Shown in pieces: positions 13,901 through 26,386 of a DNA stretch of 61,794 bases; position 1 is the stretch's first letter, and every line of letters starts with the position of its first letter. The DNA lies in assembly GCA_002104905.1 (NCBI GenBank), contig MCFE01000527.1, forward strand, positions 1 to 61,794, read 5' to 3'. This DNA is from Basidiobolus meristosporus CBS 931.73 (taxonomy: Eukaryota > Fungi > Basidiobolomycota). Made by a program: the position numbers and the translations under genes. The notes under the pieces are model-generated. The model made no database searches and was not told where the DNA came from. It saw only the letters and a list, made by a program, of their open reading frames with translations.

Positions 13901-15849
13901 GTCAATGGCTCAGTAAATATGTCTACAATGATCTCATCTGTAGGCCACTAAACTAAGTGAACTGAATTATACTCTGTAGCTTTATGTATGAAATAACTTC
14001 TGATATATATGTGCTTAGCTCTTGTTTCAGGACTATTTAGGGCCTCTATTACAGTCTGGGGCTCACAAATATGGACAAAATAGGCATAGGCTAAGTTTGT
14101 ACCCACTTTGATATGGTAAATTGGGCAATTTTTAATCCTGTTGGATTACCTGCCCTGTAATGTTAGAATGCTCCCTTCTTTGATATTTCTGGGCACAGAC
14201 TTAGGCTGAATCACATTTATAGAGTCCTTTGGAGTGAAAAGATCTCATTGATTTGCTCTGATATAATCCATACAATTGGTAGAGTGGAGATCAGTTTTGT
14301 GCAATCATGTGATGTCATTTTTTGTGAGACTTTTAGGTTTTTGTCAAACAACTTATCCCTGGACTTGATCAGCTTCCTTGCTATGGGATTGTAAAGTCTG
14401 TATGCCTTACACTCATTGTAGTAGCCCAAAAATATGCATTTTACACTTTTTGGCTCAAATTTTACTGATTTCCAGGTAGTTTCCTGCCATTTGCTGTGCA
14501 CACAAATATTATTAGATGTTCTGCATTAGGTCTGTATCTATACCAAGCCTTGAATGGATTAGAATTACCAGGTACTCTGCCATAACTCCTATAATCAGGT
14601 GATACAGCTCTAGCAACTAATTCTGCCCAAAAATTGGAGGATAACTTTTGATCATGCATCATCAATCTTGCAATATAAACTGTTGATTTGTCTGCATATT
14701 CTGATACTCCATATTGCTTTGAGGGGGATGGTATAGTAGTTTCTTGCTTCATGCCATAATTATTGCAGAAGCAGATGAATAGTCTTATGGTGTATTCTCC
14801 ACCATTGTCTAAGTGTTTTTTTTTCTTGATTTTTCACCTGTTTGTCCTTCCACCATGGTTGTAAGCTCCTTTAAACTAGACAGAGCTTCTTCCTTTTTTT
14901 CCATGAAATAGACCCACATGTATCTTACATGATCATCAATATAATTGATTAAATACTTTATCCTGCTCAGTGTAGATTTTGCATAGCTCCATAGAGATCT
15001 GAGTAAATTAAATCTGATTTTACTTAGTTTTGATTAGCCCCAAGCTCTTGAATGGTTGCCTGGCTTGTTTCCAAGATATGCATGCTTCACAGAGCTCTAA
15101 ATTTGCTGAGGGATTCATTTTTGTTCCAGGAATTAGCCAATCTTTAATCTTTTGTGTAGATGATTGAAACTGAGGTGTCCCAGTGCCCTGTGTCAAAGCA
15201 TTGGTGATTTTGCATTTAAGTTACTTATATTTGCTTCCAGATATGAAGGGATGTAGGTGATCTTGTGTAGAACTTGATCTCTGATACACAATGAAATATG
15301 GGCACAATTTGAATTGCAATCCTACATCCAGAATTTTCAAAACTGAAACTGAGTCCCTCTGCTGTGGCCTTTCTTTTGGATGGTAGGTTCTTGGCAATAT
15401 CTGGTATATGAAGTACTTCTTTAAAGGTAAGTGCATTGCTTCATACACTGCATTTAAGGTGAACCTGGATGGTTCCTTCTCCAACTGCATCAAGTGTTCT
15501 ATCATCACTCATCAAAACCTTCTGAATTGAAATTTCTTGATATTGGGTGAATAGTTCTATTTGGTGTGTAATGAGTTGCAATGCTCCAGAGTCAGTATAC
15601 CACATCTGAGCATTCTTGTTTGTGGTCATATTCAGTGCATATATGAGTAGTCTATCATCGATTGTTGTTGCATTTCCATATTCAGACTTTTCCTGCTGAT
15701 TATATCTCTGTTTGTGACACCAGTCTGATGTGTCTCCTTTCTTTTTGCAGTAGTTGTAAAACAAGTTGCTGTTACCTATGAAGGGTCTTGAGTGCCTCCT
15801 TTACTGATTATTATTGCATATTAAAGCATCTTTGAGCAACAAAGTAGTT

Positions 15850-16150
15850 CTCTTATTTGGATCTTTCATTCATATATGTGGTTTTCACTTAATGATTTAC
15901 CAAATGAAAAAGTAGTGCTTATACTTTTACATGGTCCTGGCATAACAAGCAAATGGAATATGCTTAGGAAGGTCCCAAGAGCATGTGTGCAAAGATTGAA
16001 ACTGTTTGGACAGCTTTGAGAATTTTGATGTTCTAGGCACCTGATGTGTTGGTAAAATGTTCCAAGTAAGTCCCAAAAAGGAATTTGTTTTGTATTCTCT
16101 AAGATTTGTAGGTAATGCTCCAAGTGACCAAGTTAGGTGAGTATTTAGGG
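15850..16150. repeat. LTR-like unit (family A) inside gag; homologs at ~10950-11340, 13690-13830, 16500-16800, 30400-30600, 31900-32250
   Basis: Shared core gcttaggaaggtcccaagagcatgtgt...gatttgtaggtaatg..caagtgac.aagttaggtgag aligns between 15960-16140 and 32060-32240. Confidence 0.7.
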
Positions 16151-16439
16151 TAGGTTTTCTTTGCTGTTTTTGCTCTTTAGCATTAAGTTAACAGTTTGTC
16201 TTTAACATAAAGGCATATGCATTTGAAGGCACTTTGCTCTTTCTTCTGATACTTTGGTGCTTCTTGTCCTGCAACCTCAGTGGGGCATTCTACTCCTGTA
16301 GCAGTTTGTTCAAGGCTCTTTCCTGTAGCAGCTTTTTTATCTGCACCTTCCAGGCTTGGTAGTTTATTCTTCCAGCTTCTCAGTAGAGGGAAAAGTCCAA
16401 GTAATAGCAGTGGTAGACATTCCATAGAATGGGAGCCAG

Positions 16440-16451
16440 AGGCTCATGACT
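16440..16451 (-). other. Degenerate primer-binding site, Ty5/copia half-tRNA-iMet type
   Basis: Minus strand reads GCAACT-AGTCATGAGCCT versus the canonical CAACA-GGTTATGAGCCC; lies just upstream of gag. Confidence 0.45.
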
Positions 16452-17469
16452 AGTTGCAAAGCTTTGGAGATATTTGAAGTGACTGCAACACTAGTAGTTA
16501 ATATGCCTTTCACTATGTAACACATTGTATGAAAGCATGATGTTAATACATTGGCATGGTCTTGACAAAACAAGCATATAAGATATGCTCAGGAATGTCA
16601 CAGGAACATGTTTGTAAAACATTGGGCTTTTTTGGCAATATTGTGATATTCAATGCTCTGGCTGTCTAATGTTCTAGTGCATATATTTTAATCAATTACT
16701 GACAAGGAATTTGGGTAGAATTCTGTGACATTTGCAGGATATGGCCCAAGTGACTAATATATGTAAATACTTTGGTGTAATCACAAAACTCACAGCAGTA
16801 CAGATATCCATTGCACTCTATGCATTTATACAAAGCACCTAAAGTAAAAGCCATGACAGTGGTACAAGGAGAGTGCTGCAGGATTCTCCATGGAGAAGTA
16901 GTGTATTAGAAGCAAGCATATTTGGGCAAGCTCTTGTAATTAAGTACAAACATGTTTGGAGGAAGGACCCTGGCAGCAAGGTACTACATGTGAGGACTTT
17001 GCAACAAGTCCTGATTGGTAGAATCTTGGAGGTTGTCAGGATTTCTGATTACTATACACCTGGCAAGCTAATTGGAGGTTGAAACCTTGATATCTAGCTA
17101 TTATTGAACAAGAGGTATGAATAATTTAGGTGTCAAACCAAATAGCTTATGTTGCAAGAGTCTAGGGATTATCAGAAGTGACTTGGAGTACTGGAAGAAT
17201 CAGTAGATTGAGAATAATGATAACTTCCAGGCCTTCACTGATTCCAAGAATTAGCTAATATCTTACATACTGAATCTTTGGTAAATAGTTCATAACTTAG
17301 TAGTAAGCTAGGTTGACTCTTACCCTCGATCAATGGCTTAGGTGTAAACTGAATATTTGTAGCAGCTTACACATAAAGTCAAAGGGGAGTAAGGTATTTA
17401 TCATACCTGATGGTATTTTTTTTGCTACTATTATTAAAAGAGCAGTGCTCTACAGTATTCGATGATTAG

Positions 17470-18400
17470 CTTGTTTAATCATAGTTGCTCAAAATTATTC
17501 ACTTCGTAATACTGTACAAGTTGAATATCTAATAGAAGCAATTAAAATGGCAGTTTCGTGGCTGAATGCATTGTCAGGTTGATTGGAAATGTTCATAAAC
17601 TTTTAACTTGGGAATCTGACGAAAGTCTTGGAGCATGCGAAGTGGGTATTTTTGGTATTGCATAGGATATCTGAAGTCAGACAACGCCATTTTACTTTTG
17701 CAACGCGGCTCACTAAACCATCTACTAAATTATTTACATCTATTTGTACAGAAATGAACTAGTGAAAGTATAAACTAGGATTAGTGCGCTTTTCAGCCAA
17801 TTTGCTTTACTAATGTACGGATACAACGCTAGTGCGATAAACTATCCAATGAAACTTTAGATGATAGTGTCAGGATTTGTGATGTAAAGATGACCCTTCG
17901 TCTGCACAGTAATTCAAAAAATGGAATTGATAGATACTATTTGCGTTTAGTTGTACATTCATATAAAATCGGTATAACACATCTATGTAGGTCAAGTAGG
18001 GTTTTGCTACTAAAACTGTCTAATAGCCCTCGAACATCATTCGATACTCTTGACCCCTGAAGACCTGCAGCTGCCTTTACCAAGCGTAGAAATGTCGTAC
18101 TTGTCAGTAAATGGATATTATGCTACTTGACCGTCACTGTCTTTCCCAATTTTGACTTTTCTCAAAACCGACTACTGACAGAACTCTACATTTAAATGCA
18201 TGACAAGACGAACGCCGCGTCTTGATGGTCTAATAATTTTACCTTACCCATGCGACGTTTGATGGATATTTGCTCAGAACAAGGGAAATCATTATAGGGA
18301 TTCACTATATGAACATTACAGCGAAGGTCTACATACACGAGCGAACAGAATTCACTGGTGTATTTCATGATGGAGCAACAGACATGGAATATAACTCTGG
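17470..18400 (-). pseudogene. Decayed myosin-motor-like domain
   Basis: Colinear motifs: HIVNPYNDFP (compare LIAVNPF, ~18290-18320), P-loop remnant GKT (~18140), GLLDSFSSKT (compare ILEAFGNAKT, ~18000-18030), ALALY..W, and LLDI..YEVNNFEQL (compare LDIYGFE.F..NSFEQL, 17483-17540). Many stops; ends at the TE block. Confidence 0.45.
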
Positions 18401-19344
18401 CACAATACCAATCACCTCGCAAGCATGTATGAAGTTTCTCGTGCATGAGGTAAATTACTTGTCTATTTTTAGCATTCAAATGCGTGCGACTGAGTAGATC
18501 CGAGGCACACCAAGTGATTACCAGATTTCAATTTCGCTGGCGCCCTCTTGTCACTGCAGTAACCAGGAAATCCCAAGCATGATGATGATAACCCAAGCTC
18601 CCAACAATAAACTTGCCCTTCATATTCGAGTTGCCAAACATCTAGATGGATTCCAAACAGCAACAATGGTCGAGGATAGAGGACAAAGGACAAAGGATCC
18701 AAGCTCATACTGCAGTTGAAACTTCTCTGAGTCACTGGAAGGGGGCATATATATAGAAAAATGGGGAAAGTGTCGGTCAAATTCATCATTCGCCAGTAAC
18801 TTTGGAATCATCCGGAATACATGCAAAAACCAAGCCTTTAGAACGCTGCAGAAGTTTACGTACCAGTTTTTCATACTAAAACCATCGATTACCAAGATAA
18901 ATACAAAGAGCAATAGCCAATGGCGATCTGGGCGATCAGGTGACGTCCATATGCACTATTGAGTGCATGGTGAGCACTGAGCGGTAAAACGGCGATAGCG
19001 GCGGTTTAGAGGGCAGGGCCGGCAAGATGGTTTTGGGGCAGCCATTATGATAGATCTCTGTTTAAGGCAACTGCATGTGCAGTGGAGCAGTCCGTCTATC
19101 CCTACCACGTCAAAGCACTCGACACCAGAAATATCCTGCTTCCAGTACACAAGAACTGCAATGGGGACCAAATGGCATGAAACATCCATATCTACAATTG
19201 ACGCGCGGCTCCCGTGGCTGCTCACTGAATGGGACGCTTACCAAATTCAATAATAGCCATCTGGTTGCGAATCCATACTCATCACATGGGACATCTTCAT
19301 GCGGCCGCCTGGCTATACCAGCGCAACTGTGCTCTGCGTTGGGA

Positions 19345-19640
19345 GCAGCCAATCAGGGCACCGGCGGTAATATCACCCCATCATTGAGTCAATTCTGCTG
19401 ATTATCTTGAAAAGATGGGCTTTTGTTGATGGTCGATGGCTCAGCGCGGCCTCGTCCGGCGAAATAGACGAAACAGGATATTTATGTGGGGGAAGGAAAA
19501 CAATCGGACTCTTTGCGGCGCATGACCAATCCCCCATCCCAAGGCAGGTCATTGATGGGAACAAAAAGAACACCCACTCATTACTAATCCTGACACACAC
19601 GATGGAGAAAAAACTTGTTGGCTGCCCATGATGCCCGTTG
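19345..19640 (-). pseudogene. Decayed PAP2 lipid-phosphate phosphatase (DPP1/LPP1-like)
   Basis: The three PAP2 motifs in order: GQP..FLHRVC (GRPRPDFLDRC), ESDCFPSP (KSFPSGH), ISRID..WGDITAGALIG (SR.D..H..D..AG.LIG). Frameshifts and stops. Confidence 0.45.
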
Positions 19641-20629
19641 GCTGGAATCATCCCGAATTTTATTTGTTCTAGGACACGAATCAATGTCACAGCAGCCACA
19701 CACTGGTGAATTGATGATCCATCCCTGATTGGATTGCGCAGAGTTATGGGATTAAAATCGGCCTACACCCCTCAACCTCAACAGGAGCGTGAAATTTGCA
19801 CCATCTGTTTGGGGGCATTGATCACTGTACAGATCCAGCATCTCTAGAACTTGATAAATGGATAACCCTGAGCCAGAAGAAACATTGGCTGAAACGATTA
19901 AATAATCGAGCTGAGTCTAAGCAACCGTCGAGTCGAACGAGAGACTGATGGCCTACAGATAGCCTGTGGCCGCATGCTAATAATGGCTAGGCAGTTCTCA
20001 GGGATGCCATCTCCTAAGGCCACGGCTGCCTACTCAATACCTATAACGGTTGCTAGTCACGGCTGTCCCACTCGCCAAATGATTCATACGAAGCCTAAAA
20101 TGATCGGAATCGATTCCCTCCCATCGGCCAATCAGCATCGCAGCGATTGATTGAAGAGATCTATTCAATGAGAAGGAGTCATCAACAAGCCATAAGTGAT
20201 CGCGGATTTCACAGTAGAGGAGCCCCCAATTTACAGGGCCCATTTTACCAGATGCCTTGACAGGTGACGCAGCTCTTGTTGATCACAGATTGTGGGTCTA
20301 CCAGATACTGTGTACCCCGCATGAGAAAAAATCTGGATCCCATGAAAAAATGGAATCGCGTTTTGCCATTCGTGTAGATGGAAGAGGCAGCCTTGATGCA
20401 AACTTTTCGGCCAATCGGCGCCTCGTTGGGCGAGAGGAATCAGATTGATTTGTATTATGTATTGTATCATTCGAGAATGATCTGTTCCGAACCGCGGATG
20501 ATTTTTCCTTACAAATGATTCTTGCATCTTGACATTGGACTTCATTAGGGGTGATTTGAACGATTGTAAAAGTATGGAACATTGTATGTAATCCAATAAA
20601 ATGCTCTACGTGATTAGAATTGTGCGAAC

Positions 20630-20977
20630 ATGCGTCTGAAGAAAAATATAAATAAGCGAGGCTGGGTGCGGTTCCTCAATACATCCATTGGACTTTTGAT
20701 CCTTTCTCAACTTCACGCGATGCAGTCAGCCAACTTCAACGTCAACAATATATCTCCAAGATGCAAGCGTAAGTCCGATGAAGTGAAATTCCTCGATATT
20801 CACACCTCCAAGAAATGGAACAACCAGGACGGGCCACTAACCGTCACCACCATGCACCAAGAATTCTATTCCAACCTATACAACAATGGCAGGCCGCCCG
20901 CCATCTCCGACGACGTTCTGTCCACCGAAAATGTAAAGAAGCCATACTCCGGATGTTATAACATCTTTGAATCGTAA
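20630..20977 (+). mobile_element. Possible non-LTR (LINE) ORF2 fragment
   Basis: TTMHQEFYSNLY resembles the F/Y-x2-LY linker between endonuclease and RT in LINE ORF2; no RT motifs follow. Confidence 0.2.
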
Positions 20978-21356
20978 TCTGCTTGAGCCCACACCCCTCG
21001 CTTCCCTACAAATTCGAGCCTACCCACCCCCATCCCAAGATATTACTTCGATCTTGGTGGTATTCAGTTTCCTATATGTGCTGTAAATTCAATCCCTCTT
21101 TGCTTTCCCTGTCCCTGTCTTTGTCCCCTCCCCTCCGCTTACAGGATCATGCGCCTGGGGCGTCACTTCCTTTGCTTGTATCCATGAAATAAACTCCTCC
21201 AATGAAATGTTTGAATGTATGCGCGATTTGACACGTCCTCTTTCGTGACTTCGAAGCCGTTTTCGTGTCGCGAGAATTGCCAAAAGAAATCAATTGGTTT
21301 GGAAAAGGATCATTTATTCTATCACACATTTATATAATACATTCTGCTTTAGCCCA

Positions 21357-21667
21357 TTAGAAGTTGTGTCCTTCCATGAAGATAGAGTCGCTCCACTTGT
21401 TGTAGATCGGTTGACTGACGCGATAAGCGGTGCTGGCTCGTGGTTGCTCGATTTGCATGGTCGGCTGGGATGGCGCAAAGCCCGGCTCCTCTTGGGCATT
21501 GTTGCGTTTGTTTGGGGACTGGTAGTTGGAATCGTCGGCCTTGCGTTTAAGGGAGTAGTTGCAGCCGTGGATGGAGCCTTTGAAGGGAAAATTTAATGGT
21601 GGGACTAGATAGCGACATTCAACTTGTATTTACCGAAAGCCACGTTATTGTAGGTAGCGAATTCCAT
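21357..21667 (-). CDS. Small orphan protein, 84 aa, two exons: complement(join(21357..21577,21634..21667)); MEFATYNNVAFGSIHGCNYSLKRKADDSNYQSPNKRNNAQEEPGFAPSQPTMQIEQPRASTAYRVSQPIYNKWSDSIFMEGHNF
   Basis: ATC-ATG start; 56-bp GTAAAT..pyrimidine tract..AAG intron; 255 nt in frame; GC/CpG-rich like the other real genes; upstream TATAAAA; AT-rich 3' UTR. Confidence 0.7.
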
Positions 21668-21759
21668 GATCAATACTAACAGTACGGGGTAGAGGGGGAG
21701 CTGGGTGGGTGTCCACTAGAGATCAGTTGTATGGGAGAGGGGTAGGGGAGCAGCGAGGC

Positions 21760-21766
21760 TTTTATA
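21760..21766 (-). promoter_or_regulatory. Putative TATA box (TATAAAA) of the orphan gene
   Basis: 93 bp upstream of the ATG, followed by a CT-rich leader; same spacing as at CE4 gene 1. Confidence 0.5.
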
Positions 21767-23249
21767 GAAGAGCCGTCGATGGATTTCCGAAGAGATTTCA
21801 TCCTAGAGTCGCTTTAATCCTTTTTCATGGCTCATGATTAGGTTAATTTGCTGTTTAACCGTAGACCCCTTAGCCTCATGGAAAGCATGGTTCTTGCGGT
21901 AGGAAAGGAAATCCGCCTGGATGTTTCTAAAAGTAGAACAATTTCCCCACGGTTAGACGCGAACGAGCGATAAGATGTCATGGCTTGGGATTGGGTGGAT
22001 TCATTAGCTAGGGATATTGGATGCTGTGTTTACACCAACCAATACGTGACTAAACATGGCGATCCTTCCACAAGCTTAATAGCCGCTGATTTGAAGACCC
22101 ATTGGCATCTAGTGAAAGAGATCAAACCATTAGGGTCAATGAAGTAATTCTGTAACTCACTAAATCATATGGAAGCGTAAGCCCGCCAATGACTCAATCC
22201 ACCTGAGGCCTCGCCACGCCATTGGTTCAGGCGCTCAAGACGAAAGCGTGATTGGCATCACTGCATCGTAAGATCGTTCGTTGGATTGAATTCGCTGCTC
22301 CATGGGCACTGGAATTTGCCAGACATTGAGAAGTCGCCGGATGGGTGATCCTCGGGTAAGGGGATCCAGGAGCTCTCAATCCACCCCAATCCAGTGAATC
22401 GATTGGTGGTACGTTGGCGACATATGAAATGGGATCAAGCGCGGAAACAAAGAATCCTATTGTGTCGGAGGGAGTAGCTGTCGATGGTCAGGGTTGCCCA
22501 ATCGGCCTAATTGAATCGACTCCTCTCCCCTCTTGGGCATCTTGATTTCAGGTGGATGCGGATTCTCAGTGGAACACACGCTGGGCCAATTATGTGCTGT
22601 TTGGGTTGTTTCATTCGAGGTATTGTCTGGTACCTGCTATGTTTACCTTTGCTACACGATGCTACGCATGTTTCTGATGGACTCCTCACCCATGTCTCGC
22701 ACATCTGGGTTAGAAGGGATGTTATCAGTTTCATCAACGAGCGGTAACATGCATCCGCACTTGGCCCAGCAGTTGTGCTGTCCAACCAATGGTTGATGGT
22801 TTGTGGTTGTTTTGGAAAGTTTAGTGGGTCATTTTAGTGGTGGTGTTTCTAGGCCCATACCGCCAGAGATACATCCAAAGGTCCCCATCAATGGGAGATT
22901 GTCTATGGGTTGGTGTCGGATTCGAGGTGGAGTTGAAATGGTATAGACTGGATAGATTAAAGGAAAGGCTGGGGAAGGGGCTAGGCGCTGAGAAGACAGG
23001 CATGTTACTTTCAGACTAAGCTCAAGCTGGTCGTTATATTTACAATTGGACACCATGCTATCGCCAACAAGCGAGGTATGGTGCACATCAAAGCCTATAG
23101 TTTCGTTGGGAGCTCTTGATATGTTGGTAGGGTATGCGGCTAGCGGTGTCCTCCCATGGTCTTAAACATCCACAATGCCAGTCTACCAGAGTACTGGAGA
23201 CATTGAGGATAGTGAGGATGGTGTGGGCAGCACAATAAGCCCATGGGGT

Positions 23250-25215
23250 TCACCAATTTAGCAGACGAATAACATCTGCCCATAGAAGGTCCCTGCTGTA
23301 AACAGATTCATCCGAATAAGGCAGGTGCTTATTCGGCAAAGATAACTTAAACTCCAATGGTTGAGTAAGATCGTCGAAGCTGACGATTTGGCGAATGGGA
23401 AATTTGAGATCCCCTTGAAGCACCAGAGGCTTTGGCGTGTCGACATGATTGCCCAAGCCTAGCGAGTTGATCGTCTGGATCAGGCTGCTCAAGGAATACA
23501 CCTGACCACCGGTAGAGCCAACCATCGAGCTGGTGGAGTTTGCAAGGCCACCAACGAAGATTGACTCAACATTGTGGATTTCGGTCAAGTACCGAGAGAT
23601 CACTGCGCACGTGGATACACACAGGCCGTTGGTGACGACCGCCATATTCTGGCTCTCGTATATGGGGGTTCCTATGGAATTGATGAGGCCGAATTCGTAG
23701 GGACAGTAGTCCGAGAAGATCTGAGAAAAATCCGCGCTCTCGTTGTCGATCCAGCTGGAATTGCTGTATTTGAGACCATCGGCATAGTTCGTCTTCGTTT
23801 GCGGGAGCCATACACGACCGCCTACATTTTGCAGGGAGGCCTTGGTTGCTAACGCACGTGCCAGGCTTGTGGAACGAATGTTCGTGGGGTAGAAGCGGGA
23901 CCCAGGGAACAGGAAATTGATCAGTTGGTATCCGGCGCAGATGTTTCCGCCGTAGTTATCGCTCAAGTCCTAGGCAAACAAGAGGGGAAGGGCTCGTTAG
24001 GTGGGCGAAGGATGGGAAGGGCCGAGAGGACAAACTTACCAGGATGATTTTCTGAATCCCCATGGAGCCAAACTGCTGGAACCCTTCGGTCAAGGAGTTG
24101 AAGAAATCCTGCGCGTCGTAGAAGGTGTTGAAATTCTCCGATGCGATCGCGATGGTTCCCACCCCGTTGCCGGCGGTGTAGAATTTGACTTGTGTGCCGT
24201 TCGAGGTTGAGAATTGGATGGGGTGGATCAGCTTCTGAGTGGTGCCTGACACTCCACTTTGTTGACGCTTGACCAAGGTGGCGTCCATGTAATTGTTGTT
24301 TGGGGCTGGGGTGGTGGAGCTGTTTGATACGTCGCAATACAATCGGCGATAGCTGGCGGAGTCGGTCAGCTCGGTTGGCCAGTTGTTGATGGTGGCCAAC
24401 CAGGGGACTCGGATGACCGTGGGTTGATTGTTGTTGGGGGACAGAACCGTGAATTCTACATGGTTTTTGGGTGGCGTGATGGTACGAAAAGCAAAGTCGC
24501 CAGGAATCATCCCAAACACGTCATTGGTGAAGACCATTCTGGACAGAGCCTGGTTTATTCGTACTGAGGGGACTTTGCCGTTGTAAATGTTTTCGTTGGC
24601 AAACTGAGTGATCGCGTCTATGGGATCCAGCCCATCGATTTTCACCACCTCACTTCCGGCGAAGTAGCTCAGGTCCACCCCGGCGATGCTTGAGAACAAC
24701 TCGTTGCTTTTCTCGTCCGTCAGCAGTTGCTTGGTGACCTTGATTTTCTGGACTCCGTTCTGCACCACCGAGACCAACGAAAACGGTTGCCGGTAGATGA
24801 ACGTGGAGTAGCAGGTTGGGCTGTACACCAGATGGCCGTCATGAACACTGGTGAAGAGACGAACCAAGTCCTCGTGGAATCCTCGCTCGGTGGTGTGGTT
24901 TTTCGCTTCGATCTGGTCTAGCCCTGCCAGGAGGTCTACGCTAGACTGGTTGGCCATGCTAACTCCTTCGAAGACATAGAAGTTCATGGTTTTGCGTAGG
25001 GTATCCAAGGTCTGTGTGCGCTGCGATGGAACGAGCGGAAATGAGTCCAGGCACTTCACCGCGACATCGTAGTGCACGTAGCCGGCATTCTTCCCTGTCG
25101 CTACCTGCTCACAGTAATCAACCGCTTCGACAGGCTGGGTGGAGACGGGAATGGCTCGAGCGAGGTTCGTGCTCAGCAAGAACACTGCCCACAACAGTAC
25201 TTCCAGGACAAGCAT
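23250..25215 (-). CDS. Secreted peptidase S41 family protein (fungal CPAF-like); complement(join(23250..23969,24040..25215)), 631 aa
   Basis: Signal peptide; SVHDGHLVY; KIIL|DLSDNYGG across a 70-bp GTAAGT..CTAG intron; VVTNGLCVSTCA catalytic-Ser region. Confidence 0.88.
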
Positions 25216-25280
25216 CTGGATTAGGGAAGGCTGGTTGATACGGTTAGAAATAGATCAGACCTGGCGGGCGGCGGCCTTGC

Positions 25281-25288
25281 TATATATA
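25281..25288 (-). promoter_or_regulatory. Putative TATA element of the S41 gene
   Basis: TATATATA about 65 bp upstream of the ATG within GC-rich flanks. Confidence 0.4.
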
Positions 25289-26386
25289 CGGCGGTGTGTG
25301 GCTGGAATGAAATCCAGGATTTGTAAGATGGATTCCTGCGAGTGATCTCGAGCGTGGTACAAGGGGTATAGGAAGCATGTCTGGTTTCATTTTCATTTAT
25401 TAATATCCACCTATTTCGTCCTCGCAAAGGCAATTTTTAGGCCCTCCAGTGGCGGGCTATTCACCGTCGTGGCTTTTTGTTTAGGGTTTTCCGTGGCCAG
25501 CGAGGCTGATTGGGCCCGTGTGGTTGTCTAAATAAATGAAGTGGCTGTCTAAATAAGTCTTCTGAGCAGTCGGATCCTTTGACTGGCCCAAGACAACCGT
25601 TTTTTAGAGATTTCAATATAGATTCGGCTGAGTTCAAGCCAATTGTTTTCCTTGGTGTGTATCACACTTTCGCCTCCATTTCGGATGGTGCAAACTGGAG
25701 ACGAGAGGCGGATTCCCCCACCACCGGGTGACATGCCGGAAGATGGACCGTTCGATATATTTGGCCGCAGGCGAGGGATCTGCCTGGCGGCCAGGCTGGG
25801 TGCCTATCCGATAAGGCATCCAGCGAAGAGCGATCCTTCCACGCACTTGGTGATCTAGCAGAGACTCGTGTTGAGGCAGTTCTCTTGCTGAGCAGGAGCG
25901 GCTCAGCCATTGGTGCGCTCTGTTTTGGAAAGCCGTCGATTTTTCCAGGTGAACGGCCCCAGCCTCTTCCGCTGGGCCATCCGAATCCCCTCATTGGTCT
26001 GGCCAGGGATGGGGAAGCACGATTGGTGGGTGCGATCCTTGCCTACAGCAGTCATGACGCTGGTTTTCAATCCGCGAATAAGTAGAAATCGGGCAGTTTA
26101 TTGTATTCAAAGGGATAAACATCGGATTTAGATGGACGTCACTCAGGAGTGGACGTTTCATGGAAATCTATACGAGAAAAGAACTAGGGTATGGAGCGCA
26201 GTGCACTAACGTTCAAGGTAATAGACTAGACGTGGGCTGGTTATTGGATAATATTGCGTATACTGCGTATCGGAGGAAGAGAACCTTCATCGAGATCTAT
26301 GGAAATTGGGATATACTACGGCAACTTGGCATTTCCAAATCACTGTTGATATCGGGGCTCTTGGAAGGGACCCCTAGGTCCCTGGT

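Larger units (their letters stand above)
10950..16800 (-). mobile_element. Degenerate nested Ty1/copia retrotransposon (family A)
   Basis: Minus-strand order: gag (16150-16430), zinc knuckle plus WYTDSGA protease (15441-15764), integrase, SH3 (FEPKSVKCIFLGY..KAYRLYNP, 14217-14500), RT (DLPYQSVVGSLM, ~12000), RNase H (~11400-11800). LTR-like units at ~10950-11340 and ~16455-16800; a second gag/knuckle at ~13500-13650. Confidence 0.85.

Noticed and set aside
22380-22920. Possible NRPS condensation-domain relic (GVDSIRPIGQP..DTIGFFVSAL; HRQSPIDG)
   Set aside because: Only one good motif; the HHxxxDG core is not really matched, and no adenylation or carrier domain lies nearby. A frameshift-aware Condensation HMM search would settle it.
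21357-25215. RiPP (ustiloxin-like) cluster suggested by S41 plus a small protein
   Set aside because: The small protein has no signal peptide or KR-delimited repeated cores, and no DUF3328 or tyrosinase gene is present.
25640-26131. GC-rich short ORFs between the S41 and CE4-2 genes
   Set aside because: No splice-joinable frame or known motif; probably promoter or UTR sequence.
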